DNA of 56,144 bases, from NCBI GenBank assembly GCA_048213135.1, contig PS015052.1, forward strand, positions 38,413 through 94,556, in the 5' to 3' direction. This DNA is from Reclinomonas americana ATCC 50394. Lineage: Eukaryota. The position numbers and the translations under genes were made by a program. Shown piece by piece: positions 36,501 to 47,400 of the stretch (its first letter is position 1; each line of letters starts with the position of its first letter). The notes beneath the pieces are model-generated. The model had not been told where the DNA came from and did no database searches. It worked only from the letters and a program-made list of their open reading frames with translations.

Positions 36501-39500
36501 AAGAGTGAACTGCGCGATGCTGCTCTGGTGGATGCCATTGAGAGACCACTGATTGTGGTGGATGAACGGGGCCATTCAGAGGTGTGCCGACTTTGCTTTG
36601 TGCTATTTGCATTTCTTGGTTTGTGTCGACTCACTTGCTTTGTTCACGATGTCGGTCGTGCTGCAGGAATCATGGAAAATGATGGAGATGAAGCAGAAGA
36701 AAAACGACCATCTCCTGCCGTTCATTGTGCAGGCCGCGCTGGCCTTGCGTGAGTGTCCTGGCTTGCACGCGTCGCTGCTTCGAGACGGCTGTCTCTCCGA
36801 GGCGGAGATCGCACGGGCCGTCGAGTGGTGCACCGAAAGAGGTTTGATGGCATCGGATGCGCTTCTACTGTGTGCATGGCGTCAGGACTGACAGGCGAGA
36901 TGCAGCTCTGGTGGAGGCGAAGGTGATGAAGAAAGAAGAGATGAAGGAGGAAGAGGAGAAGGAGGAGGAACAGGAGGATGATCCAAGGGTCGATGGGGAA
37001 GACGATGAAGACGACGGCATGGATGAAGGTGACAGGAGGAAGGTATGACCATGGATGATTGGACAAGTGCACGTTGTGGCAGCATCTCATGGTGCGCATT
37101 CACAGCGACGAGGGAGCGGTCCTGCAACAATGAGCAAGGACGAACAACTAATGCTGGCAAGGCTACATGTTGAGTGTGCTTGTAGTCATGTCCTTCCTCG
37201 GTAGTCGTCTGGCTGATTGAGCTCTCATCCTGCCACCCATGTGTTCCATGCGAGAGCAGTGCTGTAACAAGAAGAAGATACTGGTGACTACATATGGAAT
37301 CATGGCGCCGTGTGTGGTGGAATCCACAGTCCGCCATCATCAGCGCGTTCTTGTTGAACTCGCCTGCAAGGAGTGTGGCATCCCTTCATCGAAAGCAGGC
37401 TGTCTTTCGACGTCAGTCGTGAGCTCATTCGGTAAGAGCCTTGGCATGTACGTTAGAAAAGCACGCAAGATGACGCCCAAGTCAGTTGATGGAGTGCTCC
37501 AGACCATCAGTGACTTTGTCGAGGTGAGTGTTGCCCGTCTCACCCGTCACATCAACGATCAGCGCTAACATATGTGACATTTTGCAGAAGAGTGAACTGT
37601 GTGGCGCTGCTCTGGCGGATGTCATTGAAAGGCCACTGGTTGTGGTGGACGAACGCGGCTATTCGAAGGTGCGGTTGCCCTGTATTCTGCGTGAAGATAG
37701 CGATTCTCACATTCTGTTTCCGGAATTCGGATGTCAGGAGTTGTCACTCTTGCCGTGGAAGAAGCGCAGCAAGCAGAATGCTCTTTTGCCGTTGTTCACA
37801 CAGGCCGTCGATGCCGTGCGCAACTGCCCAGGTCTGCTGGCCACTCTGCTTCGAGACGGCTGCCTTTCCGAGGCAGATATTGCACGTGCCGTCGAGTGGT
37901 GCAGTGAACGAGGTTTGGCTGCGTGACCTTCGTAATTGCTGCACTGTTTGTGCATGTGTTGACAATCTGGCACAGCTCTGAGGGAGATGGAGATGGTGAA
38001 GAAGGAGGAGAAGAGGGAAGAAGATCAGGAGGATGCTAACGACAGCGAGAGTGAAGATGTCGACGCGAGAGGGAATGGCAGGAGCAAGGTACGCCCGCCC
38101 GCCACTCCTTTCTGAAAGATACAAAAGGTATGTATCTTAACATTTCATGGTGTTCATGTCACAGAGCCACAACAAAGATCCTGCGAAGCTGAGCATTAAC
38201 GAGCAACTGATGCTGGCGAAACTGCTTGTTGCGTGTTGCAGTACTCTATTATCACCGACAATGCTCACCATGAACCCATCATTCACTCGCCCGCCCATCA
38301 CGCACGCGAACAGGGTTGCAACAAGAAGAGGATACTGGTGAAGGCATTCGGCCTCATGGCACCCTTGGTGATGGGATCCACAGTCCTCCACCACCAGCGC
38401 CTTCTCTTGCAGCTTGCCTGCGGCGAATGCGGAATGCCGTCGGAGGGACCTGGCTGTCCGTCATCCGCAGCCATGTCTGCACTCGGCAAGAGTCTTGCCA
38501 ATAGTGCCTACACGGCACGCTGCAAGACGCCCAAGTCAGTGGAGGGCGTGCTGGCGAGCGTGAGCAACTTCATCGAAGTGAGTGTCTCTGTGTTGGCTTC
38601 GTATTTCATTCGTGCCTGGTTGCTGATCCGACGTTCATGTGCATGTAATTATCAGAAAAGCGGTCTTCGAGGAGTCGAGCTGGTAGATGCTGTCGAGCGA
38701 CCACTGATTGTGATTGACGAACGTGGCTGCTCGGAGGCTTGTGGACATAATTGTGTGCATCGATGTGCGTCAATAATATATTGTCTCACTTTCTCGATTC
38801 TCGGGTCGTAGGAATCAGCCAAGCTGACGCAGATAAGCAGCAAGCAACATGTTCTTCTGCCGTTTNNNNNNNNNNNNNNNNNNNNCACTCAGCAGCGCAG
38901 CTCCTCGAAGACCGCTCTTCTGATGATCCCGCGCGAATATATTGAACTCAAGTCAATCAACAGCTCGTCACGATCGGAGGCGAATCAGAGAAAGCAAACT
39001 GACACTCACCTCGATGAAGTTGCTCACGCTCTCGAGCACGCCCTCCACCGACTTGGGCGTCTTGCTGCGTGCCTTCTCGGCATTTTTGGCAAGACTCTTC
39101 CCAAATGCAGACATGACAGCGGAATAAGGGCAGCCGTGTCCCTTGGACGGCATGCCGCATTCGTCACAGGTTAGCTGGAAGAAAACACGCTGATGATGGA
39201 GGATCGTTGATGCCACCACCACGGGAGCCATGAGGCCAAATGCCTTCACCAGCAGCCTCTTCTTGTTGCATCCCTGCTCGAATAATCATTGGATGAGTGG
39301 AGTGAGGAGCCGAGCAGAGAGATAGCAACAACACGCAACATGTAGTCTCGTGAGCATCAGTTGCTCGCTGACGCTCAACTTCGCAGGGCCACTCTTGTGG
39401 TGCTGCGATTGAGAGCCGCGCAGTTTTGAAAGGCGCACATCATTCACGCCTCATAGATAGCAGTGACGGGCGTACCTTGTGTCTCCTGTTTCCCTCCACG

Positions 39501-40931
39501 TCGTCGTCCTCATGCTCGCTCCCGTCATCATCATCCGCCTGTTCGTCGTCCTCCCCTTCTTCTCTTTCTTCACCACCTCCATCTCCCTCATGACTGGTCA
39601 CTTGCTTGTCAGCACACGCACACACTCTCCAGCAATGATCGAAACGCAGCCAAACCTCGTTCACTGCACCACTCGACAGCACGCTCCATATCTTCCTCAG
39701 ACAGAAAGCCGTCTCGAAGCAAGGTGACCAGCAGGTCTGGACAGTTGCGGAGAGCCTGCATGGCCTGTGTGACNNNNNNNNNNNNNNNNNNNNNNNNNNN
39801 NNNNNNNNNNNNNNNNNNNNNNNNNNNNNNNNNNNNNNNNNNNNNNNNNNNNNNNNNNNNNNNNNNNNNNNNNNNNNNNNNNNNNNNNNNNNNNNNNNNN
39901 NNNNNNNNNNNNNNNNNNNNNNNNNNNNNNNNNNNNNNNNNNNNNNNNNNNNNNNNNNNNNNNNNNNNNNNNNNNNNNNNNNNNNNNNNNNNNNNNNNNN
40001 NNNNNNNNNNNNNNNNNNNNNNNNNNNNNNNNNNNNNNNNNNNNNNNNNNNNNNNNNNNNNNNNNNNNNNNNNNNNNNNNNNNNNNNNNNNNNNNNNNNN
40101 NNNNNNNNNNNNNNNNNNNNNNNNNNNNNNNNNNNNNNNNNNNNNNNNNNNNNNNNNNNNNNNNNNNNNNNNNNNNNNNNNNNNNNNNNNNNNNNNNNNN
40201 NNNNNNNNNNNNNNNNNNNNNNNNNNNNNNNNNNNNNNNNNNNNNNNNNNNNNNNNNNNNNNNNNNNNNNNNNNNNNNNNNNNNNNNNNNNNNNNNNNNN
40301 NNNNNNNNNNNNNNNNNNNNNNNNNNNNNNNNNNNNNNNNNNNNNNNNNNNNNNNNNNNNNNNNNNNNNNNNNNNNNNNNNNNNNNNNNNNNNNNNNNNN
40401 NNNNNNNNNNNNNNNNNNNNNNNNNNCTGTCGAGAGACCGCTGATTGTGATTGACGAACGTGGTCACTCTGAGGCATGTATCCTGGATGTGTGGTTCTGT
40501 GAATCGATGTTAGCTTGCTCACTTTGCGTACTCTGGCAGGAATCGGCAAAGTTGACGAAATACAGCGATCGAAACGCTCTTCTGCCATTCATCACGCAGG
40601 CCATGCATCTGCTCCACGATTGTCCAGGTCTGCTGGGCACTCTGCTTCGAGATGGTTGTCTTTCGAAGGCGGAGATTGAGCGTGCTGGTGAGTGCTCCAA
40701 ATGAAATGTTCAGAGAGCACCTGCTGTTGGCGTCGTTTCATCATGAGCACTGACGAGCTTGATTCAGTGCTGGATGACGAGAAGCCAAGGAAGATGGCAG
40801 TGGTGAAGAAAGAGGAGGAGGACGAGAAGGAGGAGGAGGAGGAGGAGGAGGAGGAGGAGGAGGAGGAGGAGGAGGAGGAGGAGGAGGAGGAGGAGGAGGA
40901 GGAGGAGGAGGAGGAGGAGGAGGAGGAGTAG
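33527..40931 (+). CDS. Five-module repeat protein, copy 2 (possibly pseudogenising; contig 38886-39773 flipped in the assembly)
   Basis: ATG at 33527 (MSASSPRDDEKADMML..). An exon encoding PPKKKRK ends at 34719. Modules start at ~34814, ~35999, ~37106, ~38166 and on the flipped contig. TAG lies inside (GAG)n at 40929-40931. Exon 34299-34398 is out of phase compared with copy 1. Confidence 0.75.
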
Positions 40932-41869
40932 GAGGAGGACAGTNNNNNNNNNNNNNNNNNNNNNNNNNNNNNNNNNNNNNNNNNNNNNNNNNNNNNNNNN
41001 NNNNNNNNNNNNNNNNNNNNNNNNNNNNNNNNNNNNNNNNNNNNNNNNNNNNNNNNNNNNNNNNNNNNNNNNNNNNNNNNNNNNNNNNNNNNNNNNNNNN
41101 NNNNNNNNNNNNNNNNNNNNNNNNNNNNNNNNNNNNNNNNNNNNNNNNNNNNNNNNNNNNNNNNNNNNNNNNNNNNNNNNNNNNNNNNNNNNNNNNNNNN
41201 NNNNNNNNNNNNNNNNNNNNNNNNNNNNNNNNNNNNNNNNNNNNNNNNNNNNNNNNNNNNNNNNNNNNNNNNNNNNNNNNNNNNNNNNNNNNNNNNNNNN
41301 NNNNNNNNNNNNNNNNNNNNNNNNNNNNNNNNNNNNNNNNNNNNNNNNNNNNNNNNNNNNNNNNNNNNNNNNNNNNNNNNNNNNNNNNNNNNNNNNNNNN
41401 NNNNNNNNNNNNNNNNNNNNNNNNNNNNNNNNNNNNNNNNNNNNNNNNNNNNNNNNNNNNNNNNNNNNNNNNNNNNNNNNNNNNNNNNNNNNNNNNNNNN
41501 NNNNNNNNNNNNNNNNNNNNNNNNNNNNNNNNNNNNNNNNNNNNNNNNNNNNNNNNNNNNNNNNNNNNNNNNNNNNNNNNNNNNNNNNNNNNNNNNNNNN
41601 NNNNNNNNNNNNNNNNNNNNNNNNNNNNNNNNNNNNNNNNNNNNNNNNNNNNNNNNNNNNNNNNNNNNNNNNNNNNNNNNNNNNNNNNNNNNNNNNNNNN
41701 NNNNNNNNNNNNNNNNNNNNNNNNNNNNNNNNNNNNNNNNNNNNNNNNNNNNNNNNNNNNNNNNNNNNNNNNNNNNNNNNNNNNNNNNNNNNNNNNNNNN
41801 NNNNNNNNNNTTTGCACCGGTGCGTGGTGAGGGAATGAGAGTCAGGCAGAAGGGGGAAAGAGAGAGGGG

Positions 41870-42085
41870 AGAGATTTCGCTGGGCTAGCAGCACATGCAA
41901 GTTGTATGCGAGATCAATAGAGCTTGTCGAAAGAGAAGAAGAAGACAGCAGAAACCCCAGTGCACCAAGAGGGACACTTCTGAGCAGCAGCCTTGCGTTG
42001 TGAGGCATGTAGTTTGCATGTGAGTTTTCTTTTCAACCAGCTGACCACTGTTGTTGTCGTAGGAGGAAGAGCAAGACGAGTGAAG
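41870..42085 (+). repeat. 3' tail shared by module-gene copies 1 and 2 (homologous to reverse complement of ~6361-6540)
   Basis: Colinear blocks GAGATTTC..ACATGCAA..GAGATC, CAAGAGGGACACTT..GAGCAGC, and CCAG[C/T]TGAC..TGTTGTCG[T/C]AGGAGGA..CGAGTGAAG. Confidence 0.75.
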
Positions 42086-42435
42086 TAAGATTGGAACCGG
42101 GGACCATCATGCAACTTGCGAGGCAAATGAATGCTGGTGTACGTGGAGCCGCCGGGAAGCATTCATCTGTTGTCGTGAAGTTGCCTGAGAATGGACGTCT
42201 TTTTGACAAGGTTCAGCCATATTCGATGCACCGACACGTGCTTCACGGCAGCGGCAGAGCAGCACGCCGCTGGTGCATGACTACCAGGTGTGGGGAGGGA
42301 GCCACCCATCGTTAGATTATGCAGGTGACTCGTGCATTTGTGGATCGATACGAATCGAGCAGCAGGAAGTGCTACTCCTGCAACTGCACTCGACACCGCC
42401 GGTGCGCTTGGAATGCAGTCTCGATGTCTGTGTTA

Positions 42436-42700
42436 TCAGCTGCATCTCGATATCGAGACCTTCTCAATGTGTCTGGTTGCCTCTCTTCTTCGGTGTCCTT
42501 CGAGGTGATGCTGCCATGATGCTTTTGTTCATGTGCGCTTGTGTGAAGTTGTTGTCCACCATCATCCAGCACCAACTTCTCGGATCCATGTTCTCTCCGC
42601 AAGAAAGAGATCCTAAACAGAGAGACGAACATGTGCAGGTCATGGAGAACAATCGCAGCTGGCGATGCACCTAAGGTTGCCCAGTTCTCTGACACCCCTC
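42436..42700. repeat. Diverged direct repeat, right of module-gene copy 2
   Basis: Matches 33017-33275 with several indels. Confidence 0.8.
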
Positions 42701-42795
42701 TCTCCTCCTGTCCACCTTCGCGAGCACGTTGAAAAACGCAAGTGGAGACATTAACACGTCTTCGACCACGCCTACTGCATATATTGTGACACCAC

Positions 42796-44395
42796 TCACA
42801 CAAGCTGCACGTTCGCGGGCCGATATTGCAGCGACGTGATGTTGCGAACGAGAAGCATGGGCGGGCGACGAACTCTGTGCAACATTATAGAACTCAGAAG
42901 ACAAAGACGCAGCCAGCAGCGGAGACCAGCTACGCAGTCGAACCTGTGGGCGTATTGAATGATTTGCCACACATATCGTGCGGTGCAGACGGCCAGCGCG
43001 AAGCCACGACCACGCAGGAGCGACACAGTGGACGAGGTGACAAAGCCGACGAGGTGTCGAGAGGAGCTCTGTGTCAGCACAACCGCGAATGAGCATATAC
43101 AAATAAAGACGAAGAGAAGGGTGAGGGACAGACGGATAGAACGACAGGAGTGGAGCAAACGAATCATCCATGGTAAACGGAGACAGGAAAAGAGAAGGAG
43201 AAAGCGAGTTGTTTGAAAATGAGTCGGGAATTCGTTGTGTGAGCAAAGGAAGAGAAGACCGGGAGATGACATGAGACGATCCATCTGAGCAACAAGCAAG
43301 CGCCCACTCGGTTGTGAGCAGACCGGCGGTAGAAAACGCGACCCTCGGACTCACTCACTCACTCACTCACTCAAAGATGAAAAATCTTTCCAATAACGCA
43401 GACACGCACTCGCGCACAGACACACAGCCGTGCTCTCACCAAGAGAGGAGGAGGAGAAGAGAGTTGAGAGAGAGAGAGAGAGGAAGGGAGGTGAATAGGG
43501 AGAGAGTACGTGGGAGGAAGAATTGTGCAATCATGCGGAGCAATGGCGAGTCAATGCAGGACGACACGCAACACGTATGGCGAGAGAGGCTCACTTTCAC
43601 AGTCTACCATCAATCTCTCCTGCTCTCGTCTGTCGTCCCTTCTCTCTTCGTTTATCTTCCTGTTCTCTCACTCGCTCAAGCGCTTTCCAGAACCTTGCAA
43701 GCGTAACGACAAGAGCTCTTTCTCTCCCTCCCCTTCCCCTCCCCCCTCCCCTTCCACCCCCACCACCCACCACATCACCACCGCGACCTCGCGATTCCAT
43801 CAAGCCCTCCCACTGCGCCGACTGCCGCGCAGTGTACTCCCGCAGATCCTCCTCCGTTGGCATGTACACATGCGCATTGAAAGTGGGATTGCCACGTCCG
43901 GCAAAATGCAGGCGCACCGTGACGAGCGCGGGCGGACTCACGCTCACTGCGAGGAACAAGTGAGAAAGAGATAGACAGAGAAGAGAAAGGGAGCGAGTGC
44001 ATGTCGCAACAGAAAGCGGGAGGTTCTTGGACGGCTGCAGCAGCGGCGCGCTTGAAGGCAGTCAGCTCACTGCCGCGGAGAACACGGAACCTGCGAGTCA
44101 CAACGGATGAGCACAACAGGAGAGATTCTCAATTGTTCAACGGCGAGTCAGGCGCAACGGAAGCACAGCGTCGACGGGCAAAATGACTTCGCCGGAGGGC
44201 GTCGGCACGTCAGCAGCCTCCTCTGGAGGATCTGGGGAAGAGAAGAGGCCAGAGAGAGAGAGAGAGTGAGCAAGATGAAGACTCCAGCTGCTCACATGAC
44301 CCCCACAACAAACGAACGCGCTCTCGCGAGGGCGTTGCTTGCGACCGACGACCGCTGACGACGCCTCTCTCTCTCTGTCGTATCTCTCTTTCGTC

Positions 44396-44444
<49 letters not shown>

Positions 44445-47400
44445 AGGACTGTCATCCCAAACACGCCACAGTACAGGACACACCCACATATATCCACGAT
44501 TTCCCCCTCATTATACACAAGCAACTGGCAGAGATCGTTAACACTCTCATGCACTCATTTCCCCCGACATTCACATGTCCACAGTCGTTCTCTCATAGAC
44601 TTGCATTCTCCTTCTCTTCCCCCCTCCCTTCCCAACACTTACCTACAGCCTCCTCGCCATCCAAACGCACTTCCACCACTGCAGAGCACTCACCAAGTCA
44701 ATCACCCCCTCCCCACCAGTCCTCGCCGAATCCTACACCAACACTCACCATTCGTGACCTCGCCATTTGCCTTGCTCTCATCCTCCTCCTCATCCTCCTC
44801 TTCTTCAACGCCCTCCATGCTCTCCTCGTCTTCCTCAACATCCTGCCCCGCATCGCCGCTGCCGACTGCCGCCATTCCTCCACTCACAATGTCCCATCTC
44901 GCGACAAACGGGTACGAGATGCGCAGCTGCAAAATAAACACGGATGAGTTTCGACAATCACTAACTTGCTCCGTCCTCGCCAACCTTGGCATAATTGACA
45001 CGCTTCGCCGGCGGCTTCTTCGTGAACGCGCGGGCCAAGGTGGAACCCGTCACCTGCGCCTCGTGCACGTACGACAACGTATCCGGTACGTCGACTGGAA
45101 AATGCGGCACGCCGGCCTCAGTGTGCATGCGCACAGTCTCGCGAAGACCGATGGGTCGAGCGCCGGCACGAACCAGGGATTTCCAGAATGGCATCCCTGT
45201 GGCAGGCGAAGGGTGAGATCACACACCACAATTAATCTGTTCTCGCTGACTCGCTCTGCATCGTGCACATTAATGTTTCGCTCAGTCCACATTTACATCA
45301 GTGCATCCACCACCACTTCAAGCCACCCAGGATTTCAGATACGCTGTCACTCACTCACTCCTGCGTCGCTGGCTCCATCACACGGTCAAATGCTGTCTAC
45401 TTCCCATCCCCGACAAGCGTTCTCCACAAACTCACTTCTATTATTCTCAGGCATGAATAGCTCGTCATCTCCCGCTTCCCACGACTCCCCTCTCCCGCCT
45501 GCTCTCAACACATTCACATTGCTAGACTATGTTTCTTCTCTTCTGCACCCACTTCCGATTCGCATCGCATCATCGTCTCTCTCTCTCTCTCTCGCTCTCT
45601 CTCTCTCACTCTCTCTCTCTCTCCCTTCCCTTCATCATCTCTCGCTCGTCCTCTCCCACTTTCCATCAGTTCTGTGGTGCTTGCACAATCATCTCTGTCT
45701 CCCTTCTTCCCAACCAATACATTCGTTTCCACCTGATTCCTGACTCCATTCCATCTCTCGATCATCTCCCGCTCGTCATCTCCCACTTCTCCCATTCCCC
45801 TCGATCTCAACGCACTGCTGTTTTCAGCTTTCGTTCACGTGGCTCATTTTTCTATTCTCCTCTCCTCTCTGTGTGGCATCGACTACCGAGTTTCTTTGCA
45901 TCATAATCATCTCTTTCCTATCCCACACACCCACCCTCCCAACACGCTCATTTTCACCCGAGTCCTCGTACTCCTAACTCCATTCCTTCGATGTCTTCTC
46001 CCGTTCCCATCCCACGACTCTGCCTTTACCCTCGATCTCAACACATGCACACTTAGTCTGCGTCTCACAAGCTCACTTCTCTTCAGCTAAAGTACTGCAT
46101 CATCATCTCTTTTTCGCACTCTCTCTCTCCTTTCCTTCCTCCCTTCACATTCATTTACCAACGGTTTCCTTGTCAAAGCTCTCCCACATCATCTCCTGCT
46201 CGTCCCTCTACCCCCCTCCCCCTCCCCTTCTCTCCCCTCCCCTTCCGCCTCCCCAACGCACCCCAATTCGCCGGCACAATCAACGACCACCCACACCCAT
46301 GCGCCCTCGTCTCCTCAAGCGGCGGCTGCTGAATCAACAACACGTGCGGATTGTCGTCGCGCTCCTGCGCCAGTGCCTCCATCTCGGCGTTGCGAGTGAG
46401 GCGCAACACAAACTGTTGCGCAGTGAGGACGCGCTTGACAAACAACAATGGTGACCACATTGGCGGCGCACCTGCGAGCGCAGCATGTTGACGGACTTCT
46501 CCGACTGGATGGTACGCTTCAGCTGACGCCTGGCATCCCCATTGTAGAGCGAGGACGCCGACACGCCGCAGGGCCAGAACTCCAGCAGCGACTGCACGAG
46601 ATCACCGTCCAGTGGCGCGCGCGTGTCGCCGGCGCCTGCCGCTTCTTGCTGCTCCGTCTCCACCGCCTCACTCTCCATCGTCACAGGCTCTCCCATGTCA
46701 TCGTCAGCCGGCACGCCACCACTGCTGCTCCCAGTCGCAGCCGCGGCCTTGGTGGAAGTCTTGTTGGAATGGAGATATGAGGCAATCGCAGAGTGCGACA
46801 CTTTGGCGGCATTGCATACCTGTGCGGCTGGCTTTTGTCGCTTGTAATTGGCCGCCGGGTTGATGTTGACAAAGTNNNNNNNNNNNNNNNNNNNNNNNNN
46901 NNNNNNNNNNNNNNNNNNNNNNNNNNNNNNNNNNNNNNNNNNNNNNNNNNNNNNNNNNNNNNNNNNNNNNNNNNNNNNNNNNNNNNNNNNNNNNNNNNNN
47001 NNNNNNNNNNNNNNNNNNNNNNNNNNNNNNNNNNNNNNNNNNNNNNNNNNNNNNNNNNNNNNNNNNNNNNNNNNNNNNNNNNNNNNNNNNNNNNNNNNNN
47101 NNNNNNNNNNNNNNNNNNNNNNNNNNNNNNNNNNNNNNNNNNNNNNNNNNNNNNNNNNNNNNNNNNNNNNNNNNNNNNNNNNNNNNNNNNNNNNNNNNNN
47201 NNNNNNNNNNNNNNNNNNNNNNNNNNNNNNNNNNNNNNNNNNNNNNNNNNNNNNNNNNNNNNNNNNNNNNNNNNNNNNNNNNNNNNNNNNNNNNNNNNNN
47301 NNNNNNNNNNNNNNNNNNNNNNNNNNNNNNNNNNNNNNNNNNNNNNNNNNNNNNNNNNNNNNNNNNNNNNNNNNNNNNNNNNNNNNNNNNNNNNNNNNNN

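Noticed and set aside
37165-37180. Apparent GA or GC donor after module exon A (GTT|GAGT, GTT|GCGT)
   Set aside because: A canonical GT three bases upstream gives the same phase-0 junction.
37830-37905. LLRDGCLSEAEIARAV as an MshEN c-di-GMP motif or CARD helix
   Set aside because: It lacks the RLG signature; a generic helix-turn-helix pattern is not enough for an assignment.
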